A DNA stretch of 64,000 bases, taken from contig CAVZJB010000002.1 in NCBI GenBank assembly GCA_963775425.1, forward strand, positions 1-64,000, written 5' to 3'. Under the pieces are notes generated by a model. The model saw only the letters and a program-made list of their open reading frames with translations, had not been told where the DNA came from and searched no databases. Both the position numbers and the translations under genes were made by a program. Shown one piece after another: positions 46,240 to 60,965 of this stretch. This stretch comes from an uncultured delta proteobacterium. Lineage in GTDB: Bacteria; Myxococcota; UBA727; VGSZ01. Within the stretch, counting starts at the first letter, position 1. Every line of letters starts with the position of its first letter.

Positions 46240-48926
46240 GCGAGCGCGTGGTCCTCGTCGACGGCAGCGCGATGGTCTACCGCGCGTTCTTCGCGCTGCC
46301 GCCGCACCTTACCACCAAGGACGGCTTGCACACCAACGCGGTGTTCGGCTTCGCCACCATGTTCAAGAAGCTGTTCGCGGCCAAGCGGCCCGCGTACGGC
46401 GCCGTCGTCTTCGACCCGCCCGGCAAGACCACGCGCGACGAGAAGTACCCGCAGTACAAAGCCCAGCGCGCCCCGATGCCCGAGGAGCTCATCGAGCAGC
46501 TCGCGCTCATCGACAGGGTGGTCAAGGCCTACCACTTCCCGCACCTGCGCGTGCCCGGCCTCGAGGCCGACGACGTCATCGGCACGCTCACGCAGCAGGC
46601 GCTCGACGCGGGACACGAGGTGGTCATCGTGTCGTCGGACAAGGACTTCGCGCAGCTCATCTCCGACGATGACGGGGCGCGCGTGCGCATGCACGACACC
46701 ATCCGCGACGTCGTCTACGACGCCGAGCTCACCAAGAAGAAGTGGGGCGTGCGCCCCGATCAGATCGTCGACTACCTGGCGCTCATGGGCGACTCCTCCG
46801 ACAACATCCCCGGCGTCGCCGGCATCGGGCAGAAGGGCGCGCAGCAGCTCCTCGAGGAGCACGGCTCCCTCGACGCCATCTACGCCCGCTACGAGGCCGA
46901 CCCCGAGTCCTTCAAGGGCCGCGCGAAGAAGGCGCTCGCCGCCGGCAAGGACAGCGCGTACCTCTCGAAGGACCTCGCCACCATCGACACCCACGCCAAG
47001 CTGCCGGTCGGCCTCGTCGAGCTCGCCGTCCCCCCGCCCGACCCGGCCGAGCTCAACGAGCTGTTCAAGTCGCTCGAGTTCTACTCGCTGCTGTCGCGCG
47101 AGGAGACCGTCGCGCACAAGGCGGAGAGCGCCGTCGGCGGCGACCTCGTCGTGTGCATGACGCCCGACGAGGTGCGCGCGGCGCTCCCCGGCCTCGAAGG
47201 GACGACCGCGATCCTCCCGGTCGTCGACGGTCGCTACATCCACGGTCCGCTCGTCGGCCTCGCGCTCTCCGCGCGCCCCGGCGTCGCCGTCTACGTCCCC
47301 GTCGACGACGGCCGCCTCGCGGCGCTCTTGCCGCTGTTGCAGGACCCGAAGCACGCGAAGGTGGTTCACGACGCCAAGGCGCTGTGGGTGCTCCTGCGCC
47401 GCCGCGGCGTCGCCCTGCGCGGGGTGATCTTCGATACGCGCCTCGCGAGCTTCCTCGTCGACCCGAACAAGCTCATCGCGCGGCACCACCACCTCGACGT
47501 CGTCACCAAGGAGTACCTCCACCGCACTCTGCCCGCGCGCAAGGACCTCACCGGCGGCGGCAAGGCCGAAAAGACCCTCGCACAGGTGCAGAGCGACGAC
47601 GTCATGGTCACCGCGCGCTACGGCGCCGAGCTCGTGCACGCGGTGCTCGACCTGCACGCCCCGCTCTCGGACATCCTCAAGGACCGCGGGCAGGACGGGG
47701 TCCTGCAGGAGGTGGAGCTGCCGCTGTCGTGGGTGCTCGGGCAGATGGAGATCGACGGCATCGCCGTCGACGTCGACGAGCTCAAGAAGATCGGCGCCGA
47801 GCTGGCCGAGCGGCTCCTCGCCGCCGAGAAGAAGATCCACGCGCTCGCCGGCAAGGAGTTCAACATCGGCTCCCCCAAGCAGCTCGGCGAGATCTTGTTC
47901 GACGTCCTCAAGCTGCCCGTCATCAAGCGCACCAAGTCCGGCTACTCGACGGACGCCGAGGTGCTCGAGCGCTTGAAGAGCAAGCACGAGATCGCCGTGG
48001 AGATCCTCGAGTACCGGCGCATCGACAAGCTGATCAACACGTACACCGACGTCCTGCAGCGCGAGGTGAGCCCGCGGACGCACCGCATCCACACCACGTT
48101 CCAGCAGACGGTGGGCGTCACGGGCCGCCTCATCACCATGGACCCGGACCTGCAACGCACGCCGGTGAAGACGCAGGAGGGCCGCCGCATCCGCGAGGCG
48201 TTCGTGGCGCAGCCGTTGAAGGACGGGACCCGGACGAAGATCGTCGACGCCGACTGGAGCCAGATCGAGCTGCGGCTGCTGGCGCACTTCTCCGGCGACC
48301 CGCTGCTCGTCGACTCGTTCGCGCACGGCGCCGACGTTCACAGGCGGACGGCGTCGCAGATCTTCGGCAAGCCCGAGGAGCAGATCGACAAGCGCGAGCG
48401 CGAGGTGGGAAAGACGGTGAACTTCGCGACCATCTACGGGCAGGGGGCGCTGGCGCTGGCGCAGATGCTGGGCGTGCCCAAGCGGGAGGCGGACGCCTAC
48501 ATCGCAAGGTACTTCGAGGCGTACGCGGGTGTACGCACGTGGCTCGACGAGACCGTCGCCCTCGCCGACGAGCGCGGCTACGCGGTAACGCTGTTCGGGC
48601 GCAAGCGCATCATCCCGGAGCTGAGGAGCCGCTCGCCGATGGACCGCGGCTTCGGCGAGCGCGTCGCCGCGAACACGCCCATCCAGGGCTCGGCCGCCGA
48701 CATCTGCAAGCTGGCCATGCTCAAGATCGCCGCGCGGCTGCCGGAGGTGGCGCCGCGCTCGCGGATGATCCTCCAGGTGCACGACGAGCTCTTGTTCGAG
48801 TGCGCGGAGAACGAAGCGGACGACGTCGCCGCGCTCGCGCGCAAACAGATGGAGCACGTCGTCGACCTCAAGGTGCCGCTCACCGTCGACGTCGGCATCG
48901 GCAGGAGCTGGGGCGAGGCGCACTGA
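46236..48926 (+). CDS. polA: DNA polymerase I
   Basis: 5'-3' exonuclease (LVDGS, EADD, GDSSDNIPG) and Pol A motifs (DADWSQIELR, KTVNFATIYG, QVHDEL). Confidence 0.97.
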
Positions 48927-48927
48927 A

Positions 48928-49400
48928 AGGCTGACGAAAAACAGGGCTCGTAGCAGCACTCGGCGAAGCCGCCCACAAGGTGGCTCGCCGCGCGGAGTAC
49001 GTGGCGAGGCACGTCGGCGCGCAAGAACCGCTGCAGGTTGTGAGCGATGACGTCGTGACTCGGGCGCAGATCGCCGACGGTAAAACGGAAGGCGTCGTCG
49101 TTCGTCGTCAGCCGCGCGATCTCCCGGGCGCTCCCGATCCCTTGGCCTATCGCGTACAGCCACAGCGTCAGGAGCATCCGCGGGCTCGTCATCGGGCGCC
49201 CACCGCCAAACTGCACGGCCTTGGCGCTCGCTGTGAACCCGTCGAGGTCGAGCCCACCGAGCACACGGTCGATCAGGCGAGCCGGGTGCTCGGGGCCGAT
49301 GAGGTCGTCCACGAGGAGCGGAGAGCTCGGCGCCCCGGCGCTCAACTCGGCGCGCGTCTTTGTCGCCGAGCTCGGAGCTCCTTTCTGCTCCGCCGTGTGG
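48928..49400 (-). mobile_element. IS1182-family transposase remnant (internal deletion)
   Basis: DUF772-like DLIGPEHPARLID...GRPMTSPRMLLTLWLYA...SAREIARL joined directly to C-terminal IAHNLQR; IR-like AGGCTGACGAAAAAC at 48928. Confidence 0.7.
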
Positions 49401-49447
49401 CCGTAGCACCGTTGCGCGCCGCCCGCGCGGACGGCAATCATCGCGCG

Positions 49448-49930
49448 ATGGCGACGGTGCACCTCATCTGCGGCCCCGTAGGCGCGGGCAAGACCACGCA
49501 CGCGCGCGCGCTCGCGGTGGAGCGGCGCGCGGCGCTGTTCTCCATCGACGAGTGGATGGCGACGCTCTTTCACATGGACGCGCCGTCGCCGCCGTCGCTC
49601 GACTGGGGCCTCGAGCGGGTCGCGCGTTGCGAGCGGCAGATCTGGAACACCGCGGCGCCGCTGCTCGCGCTCGGCATCGACGTCGTCCTCGACCTCGGCT
49701 TCCTCCGCCGCGAACAGCGCGATCGCTTCCGCGCGCTGACGTCGTCGCCGGTGCGCCTCGTCCTCGTCGACGCGCCTGCCGGGGTGCGACGGGAGCGCGT
49801 GCGCGAGCGCAACCGCGGCAGCGAGACGTTCAGCGTCGAGGTCAGCGACGCCATGTTCGAGTGGGCGGAGCGCTTCTACGAGCCCCCCGAGGACGACGAG
49901 CGCGCCGCGCGCGTGACGACGACGCGCTGA
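49448..49930 (+). CDS. P-loop kinase/AAA_33 family protein
   Basis: LICGPVGAGKTT, SIDEWM and VVLDLGF motifs. Confidence 0.88.
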   Translation: MATVHLICGPVGAGKTTHARALAVERRAALFSIDEWMATLFHMDAPSPPSLDWGLERVARCERQIWNTAAPLLALGIDVVLDLGFLRREQRDRFRALTSSPVRLVLVDAPAGVRRERVRERNRGSETFSVEVSDAMFEWAERFYEPPEDDERAARVTTTR

Positions 49931-50003
49931 GGCGAGGGGCGCCGCGCCTCACCCACCCGGGAGCACACGCGCGCGCCGCGGACGCGCGGTGTAGCATCGC
50001 GAC

Positions 50004-51188
50004 GTGGCCGAGGTTTACTGCAAGCGCTGTCTGCATCACGAAGAGCTCGGCCGCCCGCTGCGCCCCAACGAGCAATGCCCCTCCTGCGGGGCCGGCGTGT
50101 ATCGCAAGCGGCCGTCGACGCCGCGGCCGGCCACGCACTTCCCCAAAGTGCTCCGCGCCATCTTCTCGCTCCGCGGCATCTTCTTCCTCGGCTTCTTCAG
50201 CTTCCTCGGCATGTTCCCCATCGGCATCAGCGCGAGCGCCGCCATCATCATGCTGTTCCTCGGCTCGCTGAAGCTCGGCATCAAGACGATGACCATGACG
50301 TCGGGGCGGATTGAATTCCCCGAGGTGTCGGCCGAGGAGCTCTTCGACTACCACGCGCTCATCCCCGCCATCGTCTTCGTGATCTTCTTCGTCTGGGCGC
50401 CGCCGCTGCTCGCCGGGTACGCCGCGTCGGGCATCTTCTCGCTCACCGGGGACGACGACGACGGCCCGTCGCTCTTCAGCAAGGGCCACACCGCGGCCAC
50501 GGCCGTCGACGGCGCCAAGGGCGCAAAGGGTGAAGAGGGCGCGGCCGCTGACGGCATGCCCCAAAAGGACCTCACCGGCGGCATGGGCGACCTGATGGGC
50601 AAAAACGGCACCGTCAACCCCACCGTCGCCGCCGCCCTCGAGCAAGCCGGGCTCCCCGCCGACACCAAGCTCGACTCCGCGTCCCTCCAGAAGATGCTCG
50701 GCGGCGCGGGGGGCGTCGGCCTCGCCGCGCCCGCGGCGCCGGTTCCGCACCGTCGCGCGCACGGGCACATCGACGCGCCGCGCGCGGTCGCCGGCGCCGC
50801 CGCGCTCTTCCTGTTTTTGTGGGCGCCGATGGCGCTGGTGCTCTACCTGCGGACGTCGTCGACGCTGGCGATGTTCTTCCTGCCCGGCGGGCTGCGCACC
50901 GTCCAGCACGATCCGAGCGGCTACCTGGCGCTCTGCTTCTTCGTCCTGCCCGTGCTCGCCCTGCGGGTAGGCGCCGACGCGCTCACCACGGCGCTGCCGT
51001 TCTTCGTCTCGCCGCCCATCCTGTTCGTGAAGGGCGCCGTCGTGCTCTTTGCGTGGGCGCTGTGCGGCCTCTACGTGCGCCAGCACGCCCGCGCCTTCGA
51101 CCTCCCCGTCGACGACGACGACTGGGTGCCGCACGGCCGCCAGGAGCCCGCCGCCGCACCCGTGGTCAAGGGGACGCTCATCCCGTAA
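50004..51188 (+). CDS. Membrane protein with N-terminal zinc-ribbon
   Basis: CKRC...CPSCG followed by multiple TM helices. Confidence 0.7.
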   Translation: MAEVYCKRCLHHEELGRPLRPNEQCPSCGAGVYRKRPSTPRPATHFPKVLRAIFSLRGIFFLGFFSFLGMFPIGISASAAIIMLFLGSLKLGIKTMTMTSGRIEFPEVSAEELFDYHALIPAIVFVIFFVWAPPLLAGYAASGIFSLTGDDDDGPSLFSKGHTAATAVDGAKGAKGEEGAAADGMPQKDLTGGMGDLMGKNGTVNPTVAAALEQAGLPADTKLDSASLQKMLGGAGGVGLAAPAAPVPHRRAHGHIDAPRAVAGAAALFLFLWAPMALVLYLRTSSTLAMFFLPGGLRTVQHDPSGYLALCFFVLPVLALRVGADALTTALPFFVSPPILFVKGAVVLFAWALCGLYVRQHARAFDLPVDDDDWVPHGRQEPAAAPVVKGTLIP

Positions 51189-51197
51189 AAGCCCGGC

Positions 51198-52085
51198 ATG
51201 CGTCTCGTGAGCTGGAACGTAAACGGCCTGCGCGCGGTGCACGGCCGCGGCGATCTCTCCTGGGCCTTCGACGGCGACGTCGACGTCTTGTGTCTGCAGG
51301 AGACCAAGATCCAACCCGACGCCGTCACCGACGAGATGCGCTCGCCGCCGGGCTGGCGCTCGTTGTGGAGCCACGGCAAGAAGAAGGGCTACTCCGGCAC
51401 CGCCGTCTACGTACGCGAGAAATTCCGCGCGGAGCCGCACCCCTTCCAGGTCGGCGGCGCCGCGCATCCGGAGCTCGACGGCGAGGGGCGCCTGGTGGCG
51501 CTCGACCTCGGCGCCTTCGTCCTGTTGAACCTCTACTTCCCCAACGGCGCCAGCAGCGATGAGCGGCTCGCGTTCAAGACCGCGTACCACGAGGCGTTCC
51601 TCGAGCGCGTCACCCGGCTCGCCGAGGAGCGCAGCGTGGTCGTGTGCGGCGACGTGAACATCGGCCACAAGGAGATCGACGTCGCGCGCCCCGAGAAGTG
51701 GGGCGCCGACAGCGGCTTCCTCCCGCAGGAGCGCGCGTGGATCGATCGCCTCCTCGCCGCGGGCTTCATCGACACCTTCCGCGCCGAGAAGGGGCCCATC
51801 CCGCGGCAGTACACCTTCTGGGAGACGCGGGTCGACGCGCGCAAGGACAACCTCGGCTGGCGCATCGACTACTTCTTCATCAGCAAGGACCTCGAGGAGA
51901 AGCAGCGCGACGCGTGGATCTGGCCGCAGATCATGGGCAGCGACCACTGCCCGGTGGGCGTGGAGCTCGACGTCGACGACGCCGCGCTGCGCGCCGACGC
52001 CGTCGAGGAGGAGCCGTCGTGGAGCGCCGCCGACGTCGTCGACGAGGAGGCCGAGGAGGACGAAGAGCCCGGATGGCGCCGGTGA
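51198..52085 (+). CDS. xth: Exodeoxyribonuclease III
   Basis: SWNVNGLRA, LQETK, GDVNIGH, GWRIDY and GSDHCP motifs. Confidence 0.96.
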   Translation: MRLVSWNVNGLRAVHGRGDLSWAFDGDVDVLCLQETKIQPDAVTDEMRSPPGWRSLWSHGKKKGYSGTAVYVREKFRAEPHPFQVGGAAHPELDGEGRLVALDLGAFVLLNLYFPNGASSDERLAFKTAYHEAFLERVTRLAEERSVVVCGDVNIGHKEIDVARPEKWGADSGFLPQERAWIDRLLAAGFIDTFRAEKGPIPRQYTFWETRVDARKDNLGWRIDYFFISKDLEEKQRDAWIWPQIMGSDHCPVGVELDVDDAALRADAVEEEPSWSAADVVDEEAEEDEEPGWRR

Positions 52086-52561
52086 GCAAACGGGAGCGCG
52101 AGCGGCGCGCGGCCGCGGGCGCCCCGGTGGCCACGACGTCGTCGAGCGGCCCGTCCTCGAGCGGCCCGTCGTCGACCGGCCCCGCGCAGGCGCAGGACGC
52201 GTCGTCGCCGTTCGCCAAGCTCGCGGCGCTGCGCGACGCGCTCCCCGCGGGCGCCGCCGAGGACGCGCCCCGCCCCGCCGTCGACGCGCGGCGCGAAGGG
52301 GACGGGGAGGGCCCGCGGCGCTTCGGGGACAAGGTCGTCGTGCGCAAGGAGAGGAAGGGCCACGGAGGCAAGACCGTCACCGTCGTCGCCGGCGTGGCGC
52401 CCGCCTTCGTCGACGCGCTGTGCGCCGAGATGAAGAAGGCGCTCGGCTGCGGCGCCCGCGTCGACGACGGCGCGGTGGTGCTCCAGGGCGACCTCGTCGA
52501 CCGCGCCGCCGCGTTCTTGGAAGACAGCGGCGCCCGGCGGGTGGTCCGCGGGTCCCGTTGA
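52082..52561 (+). CDS. SUI1/YciH translation initiation factor family protein
   Basis: SPFAKLAAL, RKERKGHGGKTVT, KKALGCG and LQGD motifs. Confidence 0.88.
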   Translation: MSKRERERRAAAGAPVATTSSSGPSSSGPSSTGPAQAQDASSPFAKLAALRDALPAGAAEDAPRPAVDARREGDGEGPRRFGDKVVVRKERKGHGGKTVTVVAGVAPAFVDALCAEMKKALGCGARVDDGAVVLQGDLVDRAAAFLEDSGARRVVRGSR

Positions 52562-52585
52562 CCGGCGCCACGCGCGCTCGCTCGA

Positions 52586-53062
52586 TCAGAGCCGGCGGAA
52601 GTCGATGGTGGCGGAGCCGTCGCGGTGGGTCTTCACGGCGGCGCGGAAGTCGTCGCCGTCGTTGACCTTGTCGGCGAGGGCGCGCGCGCAGGCGGCGGCG
52701 CTCATGCCCGCCGAGGTGTCGAGCGTGAAGATGCGGCTGTTCTTCTCGGTGAAGTTCTCTTTGCCGAAGACGTCGACGGTGGGCGCGCGGTCGATGTCGA
52801 GCGTGAAGCTCACGCCGCGCGCGACCTCGTACTTGATGTCGCCGTCGTGGTAGCGCACGAGCTCAGGGCCCTCGGTGGTGCCGCGCAGGGTGACGCTGTT
52901 CGGGCCCTTCGCGATCTGCAGGCCGGGGTCGCTGTTGCGCGGCTTGATCTCGATGGGCGTGCCCTCGGCGATGCGCGGCTGGCTCGGGTAGACGGCCCGC
53001 GGGCTCGACCACAAAGACAGGTAGGACCAGGGGTTGAACGGGTTGAAGGCGGGCGCCGGCAT
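52586..53062 (-). CDS. Hypothetical protein
   Basis: AAGGAG Shine-Dalgarno; 158 aa, MPAPAFNPFNPW..., beta-rich. Confidence 0.65.
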   Translation of the reverse strand: MPAPAFNPFNPWSYLSLWSSPRAVYPSQPRIAEGTPIEIKPRNSDPGLQIAKGPNSVTLRGTTEGPELVRYHDGDIKYEVARGVSFTLDIDRAPTVDVFGKENFTEKNSRIFTLDTSAGMSAAACARALADKVNDGDDFRAAVKTHRDGSATIDFRRL

Positions 53063-53207
53063 ATGTGCTCCTTGGTGCGACATGGGCAGTTTCGGACCTA
53101 CATCACACGAGTTGCGTAGGACGGCGTTCGGATGCGGATCGCAGTCAGCGGCGACGGCATTGACGAATCGAACATTTGATTCAATCCATGGGCCCACAGG
53201 AGGCCGT

Positions 53208-55220
53208 ATGGACGCGGTGCAGGCTTCGAGGGGGACGGTCGGCGGGGCTCGGCGCGGCTGCTTGCACACGGCGGCGGGCGGGCTCGTGCCGGCCGTGGTC
53301 GTGGCGGTCGCCGGGCTGGTGGCTTGCGCTGGGCCGGCGCCGGATCTGCCGCTCGAGCCGCGCTGCGTGGATGGGCCGCGCTGGCAGCCGGGGACGCAGG
53401 CGTTCGCGGAGCGCACCGAGGCGCTCGGCCTCATCGGCGTCGAAGGGCAGCGCGTGAGCGCCGTCGACCTCGACAACGACGGCGCCCCGGACCTCATCGT
53501 GCGCAAGGTGGGCGCGGGCCCGAACGACCCGGCGGCGGACCCCACGGCGCGGACGGCGTGGATCCTCCACAACGAGATCGCGGAGGGCCGCGGCTTCGTG
53601 GACGTGAGCGACAGCTCCGGCTTCTTCACCCCGCGAAGCGGCGGCGTCGCGGGGCGCCCCGGCGAGGTCATCGCCTTCGCCGACGTCGACAACGACGGCG
53701 ACCTCGACGCCTTCGCCGGCGTCGACACCGCCGACGGCCAGGGCTTCGGCGAGACCAGCGAGATCCTGTTGAACCGCGTCGTCGAGGAGGGCGTCTTGCG
53801 CTTCGAGCTCGCCGACGGCGGCGACGTGCGCCGCGAGGGTCAGCCCGATCTGCCCGCGAGCGCCGTGTTCGTCGACGTCGACCGCGACGGCCTGCTGGAC
53901 CTGTTCGTGCCCGAGGCGTCGTACGGCTCGAGCTCCCTCGAGTTCGTCGGCGACCGCCTCTACAAGGGCGACGGCACCGGCGTGTTCACCGACGTCATGC
54001 AGCAGGACGGCCTGGTGTCGCGCCCGTGGCAGAGCCTCGAGGACCTCAACGACGGCCTGGCGTTCACGCGTTCGTGGTCGGGCACCGCCTGCGACCTCAA
54101 CAACGACGGCGACGACGAGCTCCTTGTGGGCAGCTACGGCCGCGCCCCGAACCACCTGTGGTGGAACCACCGCGGGACCTTCGACAACGCCTCGGTGGCG
54201 TCGGGCTACGCCTACGACGGCGACCTCGGCTTCGTCGACAACCAGATGTTCGACTGCTTCTGCCAGGGCTCGCCCAACGACGCGAGCTGCGCGGACGCGC
54301 AGAGCCCGCTCATCTCGTGCGACGGCGCAGGCTGGGACCCGACCACCGACGAGCAGCCCTTCCGCCTCGGCGGCAACGACGCCGCCGCGCTGTGCGCCGA
54401 CCTCGACAACGACGGCGACATGGACGTCGTGACGACGACGATCAAGCACTGGTGGGCCGGCAGCGGCGCCGACGCGAGCGAGATCCTGGAAAACGTGAGC
54501 GACGCCGGAGGCGCGCCGACGTTCACGCGGCCCGGCCGCGACGCCACGGGCATCACCGTCGACCACCACGGCCGCGTCGACTGGGACGAGGGCATCATGA
54601 CGGGCGCCGTGTTCGACTTCGACAACGACGGCCAAAAGGACATCTACCTCGGCGGCTCCGACTATGCCGGCAACCGCGGCATGCTCTTTCACCACGACGC
54701 AGGCGGCGGCCTCCACTTCACGCCCGTCGACACCGCCGACTTCTTCGAGCACAACCGCAGCCACGGCATCGCGGTGGCGGACTTCGACGGTGACGGCGAC
54801 CTCGACGTCGTCGTGGGTCACTCGCTCGCGCGCTGCGACCCCACCGGCCCCAACAACTGCTACGCCACGGCCAACGTGCGCTACTTCGAAAACACCGTGG
54901 GCAACGCCGGCAACTTCGTGGACCTCGTCCTCGAGGGGACGCACGGGAGCAACCGCAGCGCCGTGGGCGCGCGCGTGACCGTGACGGCGGCCATCGACGG
55001 CGGCGCCGACGTCTCGCAGGTGCAGGAGGTGGGCGGCGGCTTCGGCCACTTCGGCGCCGAGAACGACCTCGCCCTCCACTTCGGCCTCGGCGACGCCTGC
55101 GAAGCCGACGTCACCGTGCGCTGGCCCGACGCCGCGCTCACCACCGAGACGTTCCACGTCGTCGCCGGCTACCGCTTCCGCCTGACCCAAGGGGCAAAAG
55201 CCCCCGACGTCGCGCGCTGA
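53208..55220 (+). CDS. CRTAC1-family FG-GAP repeat / ASPIC-UnbV lipoprotein
   Basis: Repeated DxDNDGDxD motifs; C-terminal NRSAVGARV...LHFGLG...VRWPD; AGGAGG Shine-Dalgarno. Confidence 0.9.
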   Translation: MDAVQASRGTVGGARRGCLHTAAGGLVPAVVVAVAGLVACAGPAPDLPLEPRCVDGPRWQPGTQAFAERTEALGLIGVEGQRVSAVDLDNDGAPDLIVRKVGAGPNDPAADPTARTAWILHNEIAEGRGFVDVSDSSGFFTPRSGGVAGRPGEVIAFADVDNDGDLDAFAGVDTADGQGFGETSEILLNRVVEEGVLRFELADGGDVRREGQPDLPASAVFVDVDRDGLLDLFVPEASYGSSSLEFVGDRLYKGDGTGVFTDVMQQDGLVSRPWQSLEDLNDGLAFTRSWSGTACDLNNDGDDELLVGSYGRAPNHLWWNHRGTFDNASVASGYAYDGDLGFVDNQMFDCFCQGSPNDASCADAQSPLISCDGAGWDPTTDEQPFRLGGNDAAALCADLDNDGDMDVVTTTIKHWWAGSGADASEILENVSDAGGAPTFTRPGRDATGITVDHHGRVDWDEGIMTGAVFDFDNDGQKDIYLGGSDYAGNRGMLFHHDAGGGLHFTPVDTADFFEHNRSHGIAVADFDGDGDLDVVVGHSLARCDPTGPNNCYATANVRYFENTVGNAGNFVDLVLEGTHGSNRSAVGARVTVTAAIDGGADVSQVQEVGGGFGHFGAENDLALHFGLGDACEADVTVRWPDAALTTETFHVVAGYRFRLTQGAKAPDVAR

Positions 55221-55297
55221 TCCTCGAGGCCGGGACAAGCCCCGCGCCTCCGACGCGTCGTGGATCGGGTGTCGGGCGCCCACTTGCGGGACCGCGC

Positions 55298-56296
55298 GTG
55301 GGGCAGCACCGTGGGCACGTGCACGCGCGCCTCGCTCTTTGCGCCCTCGCGGCCGCCGTGGCTTCGTCGCTGTCGGCGTGCGACGGCTGCACCGGACCCG
55401 TGAGCGCCGTCGACGACGCCGGCAGCGAGGGCGAAGGCGACTTCGGCGAAGGCGAAGGCGACGTCGGTGAAGGTGAAGGTGAAGGCGAGGTGTCCGTCGA
55501 CGGCGGCGTCGCCGACGCCGGCCCGACCGACGCCGGCGTCGACACGCGCGACGCCGGCAACGGCTTCGACCTCGGCTCCCTCCTCGACGGCGGCATCGAC
55601 GGCCTGCAGTGCCTGCCCACGTCGCTGCCGCAGCTCAGCGTCAGCGGCGCGCTCGACGCGCTCGGGCTCAACCTCTACACGGGCCACAGCGAGACGGGCG
55701 TGGTCTGCGGCATCGACCCGCGCGTCACCTGCGACGAGGGCGTCCCCTGCTGCGTGCTCTGCGGCGCCGCCGGTTGCGCCGCCCCCACCGACGGCGGCCG
55801 CGTCTCGGCCTGCCCGCCGTTCACGCAGACGTACTCGTGCGACGGCAACGAGGACTGCTCGGGCTCGGACATCTGCTGCTTCACGCTCTCGGGCACCGAG
55901 TGCCGCCCGGAGAGCGACTGCAACTTCGACGTGGGCGGGACCCTGCAGCAGTTCCTCGGCGACGGCGGCATCCGCTTGCCCGACGCCGGCGTCGTCGACG
56001 GCGGCTTCTTCGACGGCGGCTTCGTGTCCACGCCCGTCGACGGCGGCGACCCCACCGTCGACGGCGGCTTCGTCGACGACCCCGTGCCGGGACCGCCCGG
56101 CCCCGTCCCCGACGCCGGCAGCCTCGTCGACGGCCTGCAGACCACGCTCGACCAGGGCGTCCCGGTCTGCACGTCGACCCTGCGGGACTGCGACCTCCTC
56201 GGCGGCCAGGCCTGCTGTAGCTCCGACCGCCTTCCCGCCGTCGACGTCGGCTTCTGCCTGCCGGCGCTCCTCTGTCTCGGCAACCTCCTGCCGTAG
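55298..56296 (+). CDS. Cys-rich lipoprotein with (GE)n and DGG repeats
   Basis: Lipobox LSAC; GEGEG stretch; CC-containing modules (CDGNEDC...ICC). Confidence 0.75.
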   Translation: MGQHRGHVHARLALCALAAAVASSLSACDGCTGPVSAVDDAGSEGEGDFGEGEGDVGEGEGEGEVSVDGGVADAGPTDAGVDTRDAGNGFDLGSLLDGGIDGLQCLPTSLPQLSVSGALDALGLNLYTGHSETGVVCGIDPRVTCDEGVPCCVLCGAAGCAAPTDGGRVSACPPFTQTYSCDGNEDCSGSDICCFTLSGTECRPESDCNFDVGGTLQQFLGDGGIRLPDAGVVDGGFFDGGFVSTPVDGGDPTVDGGFVDDPVPGPPGPVPDAGSLVDGLQTTLDQGVPVCTSTLRDCDLLGGQACCSSDRLPAVDVGFCLPALLCLGNLLP

Positions 56297-56308
56297 GGCG
56301 AGCTCCGG

Positions 56309-59854
<3,546 letters not shown>

Positions 59855-59936
59855 CCGCGCCCATCTTAGCGACGTTTCCCCGGGTAGGCGTGCCGCGGGC
59901 ACGCCTCGCGCGGGGGACGGGACGTTATGGTCGGGC

Positions 59937-60965
59937 ATGGATCGTTCCCGCACCTCCTCGACGTTCGCCGCCCCGGACGTCGCCAACCGCTTGATCCAGG
60001 TGCGCCGCAACGTCGGCGCCAAGCTGGTGGCCCGCGCGTTCGAGCGGGCGGCGCAGCTCGGCCGAAAGGCGAAGCGCGCGCAGCCCGAGGCCCACGGCCT
60101 CGAGCTCGTGCGCGACGTCCCCTACCTCGGCAGCGGGCTGCCCGAGCACACGCTCGACGTCTACCGCCCGAAGGACGCCCCCGCCGGCCTCCCCGTCGTC
60201 TTCTACGTGCACGGCGGCGCGTTCCGCTCGTTGTCCAAGGAGACGCACTGGGTGATGGGCCTCGCCTTCGCCCGCCGCGGCATGGTCGTGGCCATGCCCA
60301 ACTACCGGCTGGCGCCGGCGCACCGCTTCCCCGCCGCGCTCGAGGACACGGCGGAGGCGCTGCGCTTCGTCGTGGAAAACGCCGCGTCGTGGGGCGGCGA
60401 TCCCGGGCGGATCATCTTCGCCGGGGAGAGCGCGGGCGCGAACCTCGCGACGTCGCTCGCGCTCTGCCTGGCCTACGAGCGCGACGAGCCGTACGCGCGC
60501 CTGGTCCGCTCGCTCGGCGTCTACCCCGAGGCGGTGCTCGCCGCGTGCGGCGTCTTCGAGGTCACCAACGCCAGGCGCTTCCCCGAGAAGTTCGCGCTCA
60601 ACTGGTTCCTCGAAGATCGCTACCTGGAGCTCGAGGAGAGCTACCCGGTCTGGCGCGACGGCGCCCCCGTCGGCCACGACCTGATGAACCCGCTCCTGCT
60701 GCTCGAGCGGGAGGCGCCGCGGCGTCCGCTGCCACCGTTCTTCCTGCCGGTCGGGGGCCTCGATCACCTCCGCGACGACCACGAGCGCATGGAGCGCGCG
60801 CTGAAGGCCCACGGCGGCGACGTCGTCTCCAAGGTGTACCCGGGAGAGATCCACGCCTTTCATGCGTTCGTGCTCACCAAGAACGCCAGGCAGTGCTGGC
60901 AGGACCACTTCTCGTTCCTGCATTCCCGGGGGGTGCCCGTGAAGCTCGACGCTCCGAGGGTCTGA
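59937..60965 (+). CDS. HSL-family esterase/lipase
   Basis: HGGAF, YRLAPAHRFP, GESAG and EIHAF motifs. Confidence 0.9.
   Translation: MDRSRTSSTFAAPDVANRLIQVRRNVGAKLVARAFERAAQLGRKAKRAQPEAHGLELVRDVPYLGSGLPEHTLDVYRPKDAPAGLPVVFYVHGGAFRSLSKETHWVMGLAFARRGMVVAMPNYRLAPAHRFPAALEDTAEALRFVVENAASWGGDPGRIIFAGESAGANLATSLALCLAYERDEPYARLVRSLGVYPEAVLAACGVFEVTNARRFPEKFALNWFLEDRYLELEESYPVWRDGAPVGHDLMNPLLLLEREAPRRPLPPFFLPVGGLDHLRDDHERMERALKAHGGDVVSKVYPGEIHAFHAFVLTKNARQCWQDHFSFLHSRGVPVKLDAPRV

Noticed and set aside
53165-53185. LexA/SOS box-like CGAACATTTGATTC
   Set aside because: Does not fit GAAC-N4-GTTC, and the flanking genes are not SOS-type; at most a weak GAATC-N8-GATTC palindrome.
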